Source of the DNA: Nitrospirota bacterium
GTDB lineage: Bacteria; Nitrospirota; Nitrospiria; Nitrospirales; NS-4
DNA: 64,000 bases
Direction of reading: 5' to 3'
NCBI GenBank assembly: GCA_963788195.1
Contig: CAWBGA010000001.1
Location: forward strand, 32,001-96,000
Shown here: positions 8,443 to 19,412 of the stretch, piece after piece
Layout: the number at the start of each line of letters is the position of its first letter
How positions within the stretch are numbered: position 1 is the stretch's first letter
The notes under the pieces: generated by a model
Databases searched by the model: none
What the model was told of the DNA's origin: nothing
What the model saw: the letters and a program-made list of their open reading frames with translations, nothing else
Made by a program: the position numbers and the translations under genes

Positions 8443-10311
8443 ATGGTGACCAAACCAAGCCAGGCCCGGGTCGCTCTGGTCAACATGCCGTTCAGCTCGA
8501 GCAAGTACCCTTCTATCCAATTGGGGACACTGTCCTCGATCCTGAAATCGAGAGGAATCGGCGTCAAGAGCCATCACCTCTACCTGCACTTTGCGTATCA
8601 GCTGGGCGTGCCGCTCTACGAAAACCTCTGCGAAAAACGGGGGTTACTCGGCGAATGGCTGTTCTCGCATCTGCTGTTCCGCGAAAATCCCAAGAATGCC
8701 GCGTACCCCGGTACGTTTAAGCCGATCTTTGAAGACGTCTGCCGTGAAACCGGGTGTCCGCCTTCATATCTTCTGGACCTCAAGACTTCGGGCGTTCCGC
8801 AATACCTCACGCGCATGTTGACGGAGATTGACTGGGGGCAGTACCAGGTGGTCGGCTTTACGTCCACCTTTGATCAGAATGTCGCGAGCCTGACCATGGC
8901 GAAGTTGATTAAGGACCTCTATCCTTCCGTCAGGATCGTCTTCGGCGGCGCCAATTTTGACGGCGAGATGGGGCTTGAGCACTTCCGGGCCTTTCCGTGG
9001 ATTGACCACGTGGTGGTAGGGGAAGGGGAAGAGGTCTTTCCAGCACTGGTAAAACAGCTTCTGGACGGAAAAGAGGATGGCTTCGGGCCCGGCGTGGTGC
9101 ACCGCCGGGCCGGGAAGATTATGTTTGAGCCCAATGAGCGGCTCTTCTCAGAGTTTGAAAAAACCGGCCCTCCGGACTATGACGATTACTTTGAGCTTCT
9201 GCGTGATCTGAATCCAAAGTTTGGAGAGGGCCTGAACAAGATTCTGCTCTATGAGGCCGCGCGAGGGTGCTGGTGGGGAGAAAAGCATCATTGCACTTTT
9301 TGCGGACTGAATGCGCAAAGTATGACCTTTCGCTCAAAGTCCGCCGGGCAGGTGCTCAACGAGATGAGGCAACTGTCGAGCCGTTACAACACGACGCGTT
9401 TCCGCTTTGTCGACAACATCATTGATATGAAATACATCGAGGGTGTCTTCGCCAAGCTTGCAGACGAGCGCTATGACCTCGAGGTCTTCATTGAAACCAA
9501 GAGCAATCTCAGCAAGCAGCAACTGCAAACACTCGCGCACGGCGGCGTGAGATCCTTTCAGCCCGGGATCGAGAGCCTGAGCATCAATCAGCTGAAGGAA
9601 ATGAAAAAAGGCGTGACGCCGCTGCAGAATCTCATGGCGCTGAAGTGGGCGAGCTATTACGGCATCGAAACCCTATGGAACATTCTTCTTGGATTCCCAG
9701 GGGAGACCGATGAGGATTATCGGCGGCAAATCGCGCTGATCCCCTCGCTTTTTCATTTTCAGCCGCCGCTCAGCGTCGGGGAGCTTTGGCTCGAGCGCTT
9801 TAGCCCGTACTTCAAGTGGCCTGCCGACAATGGGATCCGCATTACCGGTCCGGGCTTGGCCTACGAATACGTCTATGATCCCAAGATCGTGGAGCTCGAG
9901 AAGATAGCCTATGATTTTGAGTTTGAGCTACTCGAGAAGAAGGTCCATCCGAGCTTGATTGAGGAACTGACGCAGTTCACTGCGGAATGGAAACGCCGGC
10001 ATGCGACCGACGACAAACCCTTCCTACTCTATGCCAAGGCAATTGATTTCGTGACGGTCTTCGATGGCCGTGCTGATCAGCCTCTCAAAGAACGGTACGA
10101 CTGGCCGCACGCCTTCATCATTGACTTCTGCAATGAAGCGCCGAAATACCTGGAGCAGCTTAAAGCCGGCGTCAAGGAACATAGTCAGGGCGGCGGCTTT
10201 GATGACGGAGATGTTGAGCAGGCTGTGCAGACCCTAGTGAAAAAACGTGTGCTGTATGAAGAAAGCCAACGCTATTTCACCCTCGCACTTCCGGTCAATC
10301 AGACGCACTAG
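8443..10311 (+). CDS. B12-binding radical SAM protein of the RiPP-maturation C-methyltransferase type (TIGR03975/PoyB-PoyC-like)
   Basis: N-terminal LVNMPF...PSIQLG, cobalamin-binding VVGFTSTFDQ...GGAN, atypical Cx7Cx2C motif RGCWWGEKHHCTFCG, QPGIES. Confidence 0.88.
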   Translation: MVTKPSQARVALVNMPFSSSKYPSIQLGTLSSILKSRGIGVKSHHLYLHFAYQLGVPLYENLCEKRGLLGEWLFSHLLFRENPKNAAYPGTFKPIFEDVCRETGCPPSYLLDLKTSGVPQYLTRMLTEIDWGQYQVVGFTSTFDQNVASLTMAKLIKDLYPSVRIVFGGANFDGEMGLEHFRAFPWIDHVVVGEGEEVFPALVKQLLDGKEDGFGPGVVHRRAGKIMFEPNERLFSEFEKTGPPDYDDYFELLRDLNPKFGEGLNKILLYEAARGCWWGEKHHCTFCGLNAQSMTFRSKSAGQVLNEMRQLSSRYNTTRFRFVDNIIDMKYIEGVFAKLADERYDLEVFIETKSNLSKQQLQTLAHGGVRSFQPGIESLSINQLKEMKKGVTPLQNLMALKWASYYGIETLWNILLGFPGETDEDYRRQIALIPSLFHFQPPLSVGELWLERFSPYFKWPADNGIRITGPGLAYEYVYDPKIVELEKIAYDFEFELLEKKVHPSLIEELTQFTAEWKRRHATDDKPFLLYAKAIDFVTVFDGRADQPLKERYDWPHAFIIDFCNEAPKYLEQLKAGVKEHSQGGGFDDGDVEQAVQTLVKKRVLYEESQRYFTLALPVNQTH

Positions 10312-10330
10312 CTATTCCCAGTTGATGACG

Positions 10331-11476
10331 TCAAACCTGCGTTGGAAGCTCACGGTTCCCGCGCCCGAGAAAGAGATCGGCGATGACTGCACATTCAAGG
10401 CCAAAGGGGAGATAGCCGGCATAGCCAAGCACCGGCATTTCGAAAAGCGAAAATCGTTGCACATACGGGACACTGTACTGCCAGTGCGCAAGGCTCTTCG
10501 AATTCCATAACTCCCAAAGCAAACCACACGCGAGTCCCGCGAGAGCCGGTAACCACACTGCTCGCCAGTCGCCGTGCTGCAGATCTGCCAACGAGGAGGT
10601 GTCGCCGAACAACACCTGCAACGACGCCATTATCAGCAGCGGCGCAATCCAGAGTAAGGGGAACAGGGCGTTGGGCCAGACGCCCAGCCCCGTCAGCCCC
10701 GCGCTTCCAGCAGCCAAAATTGCAACAGCCAAGATCCTCCAGTGGCGGATTCGAATAGGCCAGAGACCCTGGAGCCTGCCACTTAAACGCGGAAAACTCG
10801 CTAACCATTGCGAGGTGCTCAGCACGGCCGGCAACACCGTCGAGAACGGCAATGTCGCGTAGATGAAGTACTCCAGCGGGGTGAAGTCCGCAATACCGAT
10901 GTATTGCCAGTTCTGCACGAACCGGTTCAGATACTCAAAGTACCACCAGAAAGCTGCGCTGAGGGGAAATAGCCACAGAAAATATTTCGTGCGGTCCAGC
11001 AGAAGGCAGTGGCCTGTTCGCCGGAAGGTCCAGGCGTTGATCACAAGGATGTAGCCGAACCACATTGGGCTGAAAGTAAATCCTTGCCAGTCTTGAAACC
11101 AAGAGAAGCGGGTCCAGGCTAAGATCCAGGCGATTGCCAACACGCCGGTGCCCAGCCAACCCCACCACGGGAATGAGGTTGATGGGGACAGGCTACTTTT
11201 CTCAGTGTTTGAAGCAAGTCGGGAGATCGCGGGTTTAGAAAAGTTGCCTGTCCCCCTGCGCGAGATGCGTTCGCCTCGAGGGCGGGCTGCAATGAACCGA
11301 AAGATAAAAGGAGCGCTCACCAGGCTGACGAACATGGCCAATGCGAAAAAGACCGACCAGGAGAACCTCGCGTGACTCACATATTGGGTGACGGGGGGAA
11401 ACTCCTGATATCGCGAAATGGGATACCCCGCCAGAAGGACGCCAAGTAATGGCAGTCCGACAAGCAGCAGGCTCAC
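10331..11476 (-). CDS. Polytopic membrane protein of unknown function, with an in-frame MITE-like insertion
   Basis: Many TM helices, FWWYFEYLN, WELWN and FEMPVLGYAGYLPFGLEC motifs. Confidence 0.75.
   Translation of the reverse strand: MSLLLVGLPLLGVLLAGYPISRYQEFPPVTQYVSHARFSWSVFFALAMFVSLVSAPFIFRFIAARPRGERISRRGTGNFSKPAISRLASNTEKSSLSPSTSFPWWGWLGTGVLAIAWILAWTRFSWFQDWQGFTFSPMWFGYILVINAWTFRRTGHCLLLDRTKYFLWLFPLSAAFWWYFEYLNRFVQNWQYIGIADFTPLEYFIYATLPFSTVLPAVLSTSQWLASFPRLSGRLQGLWPIRIRHWRILAVAILAAGSAGLTGLGVWPNALFPLLWIAPLLIMASLQVLFGDTSSLADLQHGDWRAVWLPALAGLACGLLWELWNSKSLAHWQYSVPYVQRFSLFEMPVLGYAGYLPFGLECAVIADLFLGRGNRELPTQV
11184..11255. mobile_element. 72-bp MITE/REP-like element with terminal inverted repeats
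   Basis: GGGGACAGGCTACTTTTCT ... AGAAAAGTTGCCTGTCCCC; second copy at 39601-39665. Confidence 0.7.
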
Positions 11477-11523
11477 AAGAGAAAATTTGAGGATAAGGGT
11501 ACGGGGGCTGACGACCTGAGGAT

Positions 11524-12957
11524 TTATGATGGGAGGCCGTGTGGCTTGGCGGCATGGAGGTATTGATCCACGCTTGCCGCCATCTTCCTGCCTTCAGCGA
11601 TCGCCCAGACGATCAATGACGCGCCGCGCCTTACATCGCCGCCTGCAAAGACACCCGGGAGGCTCGTCATGTAATGCTGATCCGCTTTGACATTGCCGCG
11701 CGCGTCGTATTCCACGCCCAGACTGTCGAGAAGGCCGTTCTTCACTGGCCCCGTGAAGCCCATGGCCAATAGGACCAGATCCACGTTCAATACAGAGTCG
11801 CTGTCAGGAACCGGGCTGAATTGGCCGTTTGCCAGGTTCACGCGCTGAGCATGGAGCTTGGTCACGTGGCCGTTGTGGCCGGTCAGCTTCGTTGTGGATA
11901 GGCTCCACTGCCGGTCGCATCCCTCTTCATGCGCGTGGGACGTACGAAGCTGCATCGGCCAGAGGGGCCAGGGGGTGGAAACCCCGCGCTGAGGCGGCGG
12001 CTCGGGGAGCAGCTCGAACTGATGAACCTCAACGCAACCCTGCCGGTGTGTGGTGCCCAGACAATCTGACCCCGTATCTCCCCCGCCGATGATGACCACA
12101 CGCTTGCCTTTGGCAGTAATGGGCTCGTCGGCCAGGATCTGCCCCGCATTGCGCTTATTCTGTTGAATCAGGTAATCCATCGCGAGATGGATGCCCTTCA
12201 ATTCACGACCTGGAACAGGCAGCTCGCGCGGTTGCTCGGCACCCATGGCCAGGCACACTGCGTCATAGCGGCGGCGGAGTTCCTCACCGCTCATGTCCAC
12301 GCCGATGTTGGCGTTGGGCTGAAACTCCACCCCCTCAGCCTTCATCTGCTCGAGCCGACGGTCAACGACCCATTTTTCCATTTTAAAGTCAGGGATGCCG
12401 TACGCGAGCAGGCCTCCGATCCGGTCAGCCTTCTCAAAGACTGTCACGCGATGTCCCGCTCGCGCCAATTGCTGCGCGCAGGCCAGCCCGGCCGGCCCGG
12501 ACCCAACCACGGCCACCGTCTTTCCGGTCTGGTAGGGAGGCAGAATTGGCTGCACCCAGCCTTCATCGAACCCTTTATCGATAATGTTCCATTCGATGAC
12601 CCGAATAGAGACCGGGTCTTCATTGATACCCAGGACGCACGCCGATTCGCACGGGGCCGGGCACAAGCGGCCGGTAAATTCGGGAAAATTGTTGGTGGTA
12701 TGGAGCGCTTTCAGGGCGTCTTTCCACCGCCCTCGATGAACCAGATCGTTCCATTCGGGAATCAGATTGACGACAGGACAGCCGTTGTGGCTCTGGCAGA
12801 ACGGCACCCCGCAGTCCATACACCGCGCGCCTTGCGCTTTGAGCGCGTCCTCGGGCATCGGCTCGTAGAACTCTTTCCAGTCTTGGATGCGCAGTTCAAC
12901 CGGCCGTCGCTTGGGACCCTCCCGCGCATATTTCATGAAGCCCTTGGGATCAGCCAT
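11524..12957 (-). CDS. gltD: Glutamate synthase small subunit
   Basis: [27 protein letters not shown]; adjacent to gltB. Confidence 0.97.
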   Translation of the reverse strand: MADPKGFMKYAREGPKRRPVELRIQDWKEFYEPMPEDALKAQGARCMDCGVPFCQSHNGCPVVNLIPEWNDLVHRGRWKDALKALHTTNNFPEFTGRLCPAPCESACVLGINEDPVSIRVIEWNIIDKGFDEGWVQPILPPYQTGKTVAVVGSGPAGLACAQQLARAGHRVTVFEKADRIGGLLAYGIPDFKMEKWVVDRRLEQMKAEGVEFQPNANIGVDMSGEELRRRYDAVCLAMGAEQPRELPVPGRELKGIHLAMDYLIQQNKRNAGQILADEPITAKGKRVVIIGGGDTGSDCLGTTHRQGCVEVHQFELLPEPPPQRGVSTPWPLWPMQLRTSHAHEEGCDRQWSLSTTKLTGHNGHVTKLHAQRVNLANGQFSPVPDSDSVLNVDLVLLAMGFTGPVKNGLLDSLGVEYDARGNVKADQHYMTSLPGVFAGGDVRRGASLIVWAIAEGRKMAASVDQYLHAAKPHGLPS

Positions 12958-15900
12958 GAGCTGCCATTTCCTTTTGCGCGACGACCTTGGCCGCGGCGGC
13001 CTTGCGTTCCGCCAGGACGCGTTTGTAGTCGATCGGCATGATCTTCACGAATTTTCTGACCATGAGCTCCCAGGCATCGAGGACCGTCTTCGCCTTGCGG
13101 CTGCCGGTATAGCGATAGTGGGATTCGATGAGCTCCCGCAGGAGGCCCTTGTCCTCTTTTCCCACCTTCTCGAGTTCCACCATCCCCATGTTGCAACGTT
13201 GCTCGAACTTGCCGTCTTCATTCAGGATGAAGGCCATGCCCCCTGACATGCCCGCCGCGAAATTGCGGCCCGTCTTCCCGAGGACGACCACGACCCCGCC
13301 GGTCATGTACTCGCACCCGTGGTCACCCGTGCCCTCGATCACTGTGCGAGCGCCGCTGTTCCGCACCGCGAACCGCTCCCCCGCCGTGCCGTAAAAATAA
13401 GCTTCTCCCTGGGTGGCGCCATAGAGCGACGTGTTGCCGATCAGGATCGTCTCTTCTGCGACAAAGGTAGAGGCTTTCGGAGGGTACACGATGATGCGCC
13501 CGCCGCACAGACCCTTGCCGAGGTAATCGTTGGACTCGCCTTCCAATTCAAGCGTCACCCCTCTGGCGAGAAACGCGCCGAAGGACTGCCCGGCCGAGCC
13601 TGTGAACTTCACATGGATGGTGTCAGGCGGCAAACCCTCGAGGCGATAGCGCTTGGCGATCGCGCTGGAGAGAATGGTCCCCACCGTACGGTTCACATTT
13701 CTAATCGGCAGGTCCAGGCGCACCGGCTTTTGATGGTCAAGAGCGGGCGCGCACAGCTCGAGGATTTTCCAGTCCAAAGCGTTCGTCAAGCCGTGGTCCT
13801 GCTTTTCCTGGCAGTAGCGGGCGACTCCCGGCTCGACTTTCGGCTGGTGCAGGATCGCCGAGAGATCCAAGCCCTTGGCCTTCCAATGGTCAATGGCCTG
13901 CTGCGCCTTAAGCCTGTCCGTCCGACCGATCATCTCCTCGAATTTCCGGAAGCCGAGCGCCGCCATTAGTTCCCGCACCTCTTCGGCGATAAAGAAAAAG
14001 TAATTCACCACATGTTCCGGCTGCCCCGTGAACTTGGCGCGCAATGCGGGATCGTGCGTGGCAATGCCGACCGGGCACGTGTTCAGATGGCACTTGCGCA
14101 TCATAATGCACCCTTCGACAATCAGCGGGGCCGTGGAGAAGCCGAACTCCTCGGCGCCGAGCAGGGCCGCGATCACCACGTCTCGGCCCGTCTTCATCTG
14201 GCCGTCGGTCTCGACCTTGATACGCCCGCGCAGATTGTTCAGGACAAGGGTCTGCTGAGTTTCGGCCAGCCCCAACTCCCACGGGATACCCCCGTACTTG
14301 ATCGAGGAGAGGGGGGAAGCGCCGGTGCCGCCGGAGTCCCCGCTGATCAGCACCTTGTCGGCCTTGGCCTTGGCGACGCCGGCGGCTACGGTCCCGACGC
14401 CGACTTCCGCCACCAGTTTCACGGAGATGTCCGCTTCCGGATTCGCATTTTTGAGGTCATAGATCAATTGAGCCAGGTCTTCAATTGAATAGATGTCGTG
14501 ATGCGGAGGTGGAGAGATGAGCTGCACGCCTGGGGTGGCATAGCGCAAACGCGCGATGGTCTCATCCACTTTATGACCGGGAAGTTGGCCGCCTTCTCCG
14601 GGTTTGGCGCCCTGGGCCATCTTGATTTGCAGTTCTTTCGCGTGGACCATGTAATCGGTTGTGACCCCGAAGCGCGCCGAGGCGACTTGTTTGATCGCGC
14701 TGTTCTTGCTGTCGCCGTTCGGCAGCGTCACGAACCGCTCTGGGTCTTCGCCGCCTTCGCCGGTGTTGCTCTTACCGCCGATCCGGTTCATCGCAACGGC
14801 CAACGTTTCATGGGCCTCTTTGCTGATCGCCCCGAAAGACATGGCGCCGGTGGTAAAGCGCTTGACAATCGCCGTCGCGGGTTCGACTTCCGCGATGGGA
14901 ATCGGCGAGGGCGCCATGACTATCTCCAGAAGCCCTCTGATGTTCGATCGGCGTTTGCTTTCGTCGTTGACCAGCGCCGAAAATTCTTTGAATGTCTTCG
15001 GATCATTGCCGCGGGTGGCGTGCTGAAGCTTATAGATGGTCTCTGGGTTCCAATTGTGGTGCTCGCCTTGCACGCGGTAATGAATCTCCCCGCCGAAGTC
15101 CAACTGATGGATGGCGGCCGGGCTGTACGCAACCTGGTGGCGGCGGAAGGTCTCTTCACCGATTTCCCCGATCCCGATTCCCTCGAGCCGCGAGGCGGTG
15201 CCGGTAAAGTAACGATCCACAAGGCTATGATTCAGGCCGATCGCCTCGAAGATTTGAGCGCCGCAGTAGGACTGCACCGTAGAAATCCCCATCTTCGAAA
15301 AGATCTTGAGCAGCCCCTTGTTGATCGCCTTGACAAACTTTGACGCGGCGGTCGCGGCGTCAATGCCTTCCGGCAGGTAGCCGTCGCGTTCCATATCCAC
15401 CAGGGTCTCAAAGACAAGGTAAGGGTTAATCGTGCCCGCGCCGTAACCGATGAGACATGCGAACTGGTGCACATCCCTCGGTTCCCCGGTCTCGAGGATC
15501 AGCCCCACTTCGGTCCGCGTGCATTCGCGGATGAGATGGTGGTGAACCGCGGAAATCCCGAGCAGGCTTGGAATCGGCGCCCATTCTTCATTCACGCCCC
15601 GATCGGAAAGGATCAGAAACTTGTATCCGTCCCTGATGGCCTTGGAGGCCTCCCAACAAAGCTCATCGACGGCGGTGCCGAGACCTTCCGAGCCTTGGGT
15701 TACGCGGAACAGCATCCGTAAGGTCTTGCTCTTGAAATGCGGGTCGGCGATTTCCCGGATTTTCTCGAGCTCGGCGTTCGTCAGGATTGGTTGCTGGACC
15801 TTGATCCGGCGGCACGATTCCGGCGCCTCTTCCATGACATTCGGCTTGGGGCCGATGTTGGTGACCAGCGACATGACGAGCTGCTCACGAATAGGATCGA

Positions 15901-17491
15901 TCGGCGGATTGGTGACCTGCGCGAAGAGTTGTTTAAAATACTTGAACAAAAGTTGCGGGCGCTCGGATAGCACGGCGAGGGGGGTATCAGTTCCCATGGA
16001 GGAAATCGGCTCTTCGCCGGCGACTACCATTGGAGTGAGCACCATCTTAAGCTCCTCGACAGTGTAGCCGAACGCCTGCTGGCGCTGCCGAATGCTCGGA
16101 TGATCGGGTTGCGGGACGTTCAACGGCTCCGGCAGCTCATCGAGCGAAATGCGGTATTGAGTGACCCATGAGCGGTACGGCTTGCGTCCTACAATGTCGG
16201 CCTTGATCTCTTCGTCATCCAGCAGCCGGCCTTGCGCCGTGTCCACGAGGAACATCCGTCCGGGTTGCAGCCGGCCTTTCTGTCGGACCTCTTTGGGATC
16301 GGCCGGCAGGACACCCGCTTCTGACGCAAGCACTACGAGGCCGTCCGTTGTCACTTGGAAGCGACACGGCCGTAGGCCATTTCGATCCAGCGTGGCGCCG
16401 ATGAGTTTGCCATCCGTAAAGCAGACGGCTGCCGGCCCGTCCCACGGTTCCATCATGGCGGCGTGGTATTCGTAGAATCCGCGCCGGTCGAGATCCATCT
16501 GCGGGTTGCCGACCCACGGCTCGGGGATCAGCATCATCATGGCATGCGGGAGAGACCGACCGCCCATCACAAGGAATTCGAGGGCGTTATCGAGGCAGGC
16601 CGAGTCACTCTGGTTCTCATACACGATCGGAAAGAGCTTCGGAATGTCCGACCCGAAGAGCTCCGACTGGAGCCGGCCTTGGCGGGCCCGCATCCAGTTC
16701 ACGTTGCCCTTCAGCGTATTGATCTCCCCGTTATGGCAGATGTAGCGATACGGGTGAGCTAACGGCCAGGTCGGAAAGGTATTTGTGCTGAACCGCGAAT
16801 GGATGAGAGCCAGCGCGCTCGTCACGCTCGAATCGTTCAAGTCCAGGTAGTACCGGGACATCTGGTCGGGGAGGAGCAGGCCTTTGTACACGATGGTATT
16901 GCTCGAAAGGCTGGCAATGTAAAAGTACTGCCGTTCTTCGATGGAGGATTCCCGCACGGCCTTCTCGATACGTTTACGGATGACGTAGAGCTTGCGTTCA
17001 AACTGTCCCTCGTCCAAATGATTGCGCACGATGAATACCTGGCGAATCACGGGTTCGGTCTGCCGGGCTTGGGCGCCGATCGCATCGCTGTTGACGGGTA
17101 CGCTTCGCCAGCCGAGGCAGCGGACCCCTTCTTCGGCAATGACCTGCTCGAAGAGGCGCTCGCATGAGAGACGATGGGTGTCGGTTCGGGGCAGAAACAC
17201 CATGCCCACACCGTATTCGCCAGCGCCCGGAAGCTTCACACGCACGTCGGCCGCCGCCTGCTTTAGAAACTCATGGGGAATCTGCAGGAGGATGCCGGCG
17301 CCATCGCCGGTGCACGGGTCGCAGCCTTGAGCGCCGCGATGAGAAAGGTGGTCAAGAACCTCGAGCCCCTTGCGCACAATATCGTGGGACTTCGCGCCGT
17401 TGATGTTCGCCACAAAACCAATCCCGCAACCATCTTTTTCAAAATCGGGATCGTAAAGACCTTGCTTAGGAGGCAGTCCTGGTATCGCCAT
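12950..17491 (-). CDS. gltB: Glutamate synthase large subunit
   Basis: CGIGF N-terminal nucleophile, [30 protein letters not shown]. Confidence 0.98.
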   Translation of the reverse strand: MAIPGLPPKQGLYDPDFEKDGCGIGFVANINGAKSHDIVRKGLEVLDHLSHRGAQGCDPCTGDGAGILLQIPHEFLKQAAADVRVKLPGAGEYGVGMVFLPRTDTHRLSCERLFEQVIAEEGVRCLGWRSVPVNSDAIGAQARQTEPVIRQVFIVRNHLDEGQFERKLYVIRKRIEKAVRESSIEERQYFYIASLSSNTIVYKGLLLPDQMSRYYLDLNDSSVTSALALIHSRFSTNTFPTWPLAHPYRYICHNGEINTLKGNVNWMRARQGRLQSELFGSDIPKLFPIVYENQSDSACLDNALEFLVMGGRSLPHAMMMLIPEPWVGNPQMDLDRRGFYEYHAAMMEPWDGPAAVCFTDGKLIGATLDRNGLRPCRFQVTTDGLVVLASEAGVLPADPKEVRQKGRLQPGRMFLVDTAQGRLLDDEEIKADIVGRKPYRSWVTQYRISLDELPEPLNVPQPDHPSIRQRQQAFGYTVEELKMVLTPMVVAGEEPISSMGTDTPLAVLSERPQLLFKYFKQLFAQVTNPPIDPIREQLVMSLVTNIGPKPNVMEEAPESCRRIKVQQPILTNAELEKIREIADPHFKSKTLRMLFRVTQGSEGLGTAVDELCWEASKAIRDGYKFLILSDRGVNEEWAPIPSLLGISAVHHHLIRECTRTEVGLILETGEPRDVHQFACLIGYGAGTINPYLVFETLVDMERDGYLPEGIDAATAASKFVKAINKGLLKIFSKMGISTVQSYCGAQIFEAIGLNHSLVDRYFTGTASRLEGIGIGEIGEETFRRHQVAYSPAAIHQLDFGGEIHYRVQGEHHNWNPETIYKLQHATRGNDPKTFKEFSALVNDESKRRSNIRGLLEIVMAPSPIPIAEVEPATAIVKRFTTGAMSFGAISKEAHETLAVAMNRIGGKSNTGEGGEDPERFVTLPNGDSKNSAIKQVASARFGVTTDYMVHAKELQIKMAQGAKPGEGGQLPGHKVDETIARLRYATPGVQLISPPPHHDIYSIEDLAQLIYDLKNANPEADISVKLVAEVGVGTVAAGVAKAKADKVLISGDSGGTGASPLSSIKYGGIPWELGLAETQQTLVLNNLRGRIKVETDGQMKTGRDVVIAALLGAEEFGFSTAPLIVEGCIMMRKCHLNTCPVGIATHDPALRAKFTGQPEHVVNYFFFIAEEVRELMAALGFRKFEEMIGRTDRLKAQQAIDHWKAKGLDLSAILHQPKVEPGVARYCQEKQDHGLTNALDWKILELCAPALDHQKPVRLDLPIRNVNRTVGTILSSAIAKRYRLEGLPPDTIHVKFTGSAGQSFGAFLARGVTLELEGESNDYLGKGLCGGRIIVYPPKASTFVAEETILIGNTSLYGATQGEAYFYGTAGERFAVRNSGARTVIEGTGDHGCEYMTGGVVVVLGKTGRNFAAGMSGGMAFILNEDGKFEQRCNMGMVELEKVGKEDKGLLRELIESHYRYTGSRKAKTVLDAWELMVRKFVKIMPIDYKRVLAERKAAAAKVVAQKEMAAHG

Positions 17492-17712
17492 CGTGTACTC
17501 TTTTGTGAATGAAATGCTCTAGATCGGCAAGAGCAACGGGTGGTCATTATCCTACTTGAGAGGAATTCGGACTGTCAAGGAAATGCTCGCCTGAGAATGG
17601 TAAAAATGCGAAGGTGATCAGGCTCTTAAGAGGGATGAGACAACGCGCATTCGTGCCTTGGATTGATGCCCGCAAGTCGCAAAGAACGCACGCTCAAAGC
17701 ATGGCTATTTTC

Positions 17713-17742
17713 TTGACAATCTCCCGAAGCTCCCCTTAGTAT
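17713..17742 (+). promoter_or_regulatory. Putative sigma-70 promoter (leaderless geometry)
   Basis: TTGACA-18 nt-TAGTAT, 6 nt before ATG 17749; no SD. Confidence 0.55.
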
Positions 17743-17748
17743 CCGGCC

Positions 17749-18753
17749 ATGCCAAACAGCCAGCAAACGTGTGCGATCGGAGGGGTGAGAGAAGTTTGGG
17801 AGTCGTATCGACCGGAACTTGACGCCGTCGAAGATCAGATCCGCCAAAATCTTGATTCCAAAGTGGCCCTGGTCAATATCGTCTCCGCCCATATTCTCAA
17901 CAGCGGTGGGAAGCGGATCCGTCCCCTGTTGCTGATTTTGTGCGCCCGCCTCGCCGGATACACCGGCTCCCGAGACATTCTGCTGGCAAGCCTGATCGAG
18001 TACATCCACACCGCGACGTTGCTGCATGACGATGTGGTGGACCATGCGGATCTTCGGCGGGGAAAAACGACGGCGCGGGGTCTGTGGGGAAACCAGGTAT
18101 CGATTCTGGTCGGTGATTATCTCTACTCAAAAGCCATTTGCCACATCGTCGGTTTCCAAAATCAAGATGTCAATGAATGCTTGTCCGTTGCCTGCCGTAA
18201 AATGGCCGAGGGCGAGTTGATGCAGCTCTGCTACAAAGACCAGGAGGTCCATTCTGAGCAGGACTATGTGAAAATCGCGGAGTACAAGACCGGGGCTCTG
18301 ATCGCGGCGGCGTGCCGGATGGGGGCGGTCCTGGCAGGGGCCGGGATCGCCCAGCGAGAAGCCATGTTTCAATTCGGCCAGTCCTTAGGGGTGGCATTCC
18401 AGGTTGCGGATGACGCCCTCGATTACGTCGCGCAAGGGCAAGTGCTCGGGAAATTGTTGGGCAAGGACCTCGGAGAAGGCAACATCACCCTGCCGCTACT
18501 CCATGTGAAGCAGTGGTGCACTGAGCCGGAGCGCCAACGCCTCGCCGAGATCATGAAAACCGATGACGGCATCGACAGCCATTTGGGGTGGATCATCGCG
18601 CTGATGGAGCGTTACGGCTCGATCGACTATGCGCACGCGACCGCCCGCCGTTATGTCGAGGATGCGAAGGTCTATCTGGAAGCCTTCGAGGATTCGGTTC
18701 ACAAGCGAGCTCTGCACGTTCTAGCCGATTATATGGTGGCCCGCGACCATTAA
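17749..18753 (+). CDS. ispB: Polyprenyl diphosphate synthase (IspB-like)
   Basis: GGKRIRP, LLHDDVVD, RRG, AFQVADDALD. Confidence 0.88.
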   Translation: MPNSQQTCAIGGVREVWESYRPELDAVEDQIRQNLDSKVALVNIVSAHILNSGGKRIRPLLLILCARLAGYTGSRDILLASLIEYIHTATLLHDDVVDHADLRRGKTTARGLWGNQVSILVGDYLYSKAICHIVGFQNQDVNECLSVACRKMAEGELMQLCYKDQEVHSEQDYVKIAEYKTGALIAAACRMGAVLAGAGIAQREAMFQFGQSLGVAFQVADDALDYVAQGQVLGKLLGKDLGEGNITLPLLHVKQWCTEPERQRLAEIMKTDDGIDSHLGWIIALMERYGSIDYAHATARRYVEDAKVYLEAFEDSVHKRALHVLADYMVARDH

Positions 18754-18829
18754 GGTCCTTTCATCACATCCTCATCTCTTTGTTTGCCTAGCACGTGATG
18801 CCATCGGGTGCTTTCTGGAGACAGGACAA

Positions 18830-19285
18830 GTGCTGATCCCGATGGAGAGTGTCTATGAACAGTGTGAGAGCCTGCGTCGAAGGGCAGGAGTTTTCGTCAC
18901 GGTCAGAAAACATCAAGAGCTTCGTGGATGCGTCGGAACGCTTGAGCCTACATACGGGGATACGGCACTCGAGATTATTGAAAATGCCATTGCGGCTGCG
19001 TTTCGCGACCCCAGGTTCACGCCGGTTTGCGCGGATGAATTGGCGGATCTTTCCATCTCCGTTGATATCCTAAAGCCCATGGAGCCTGTCGGAGGCATCG
19101 GTGACTTAAATCCCATGCGCTACGGTGTCGTGGTGCGCAGAGGGAAGCGGCGGGGCTTACTGTTGCCGGGGATCGAGCAGATCACATCCGTCGAAGAGCA
19201 GATCGCGGTCGCGCGGGCCAAAGGCGGCATCAAAGAGCATGAACCCGTCAAGCTCTATCGGTTTGAGGTCGAGCGGTATCATTGA
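18830..19285 (+). CDS. amrA: AMMECR1-domain protein (AmmeMemoRadiSam protein A); true start probably near 18749
   Basis: GVFVT, LRGCVGT, DPRF, GLLLP; the frame is open upstream and encodes HLFVCLARDAI. Confidence 0.85.
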   Translation: MLIPMESVYEQCESLRRRAGVFVTVRKHQELRGCVGTLEPTYGDTALEIIENAIAAAFRDPRFTPVCADELADLSISVDILKPMEPVGGIGDLNPMRYGVVVRRGKRRGLLLPGIEQITSVEEQIAVARAKGGIKEHEPVKLYRFEVERYH

Positions 19286-19412
19286 TAGTGTCATGTCTCT
19301 AGGTTCCCTTAGGAAATTCCTTGCCCTCATAGTAAAGTAGGCGATGGTCAAATGGACTGTGCATTAGAGTTACCCTCTCTCTTCACGGGAGAGGGCATTA
19401 ACGAAGGAAAAA

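Noticed and set aside
3840..10311. Secondary metabolite cluster (Rieske, PPTase, radical SAM)
   Set aside because: No carrier protein, NRPS/PKS or precursor; the genes are in mixed orientations with separate promoters
12163..13041. 292-aa antisense ORF over gltD, and similar long antisense ORFs over gltB
   Set aside because: Shadow ORFs expected opposite GC-rich coding sequence; no recognisable motifs
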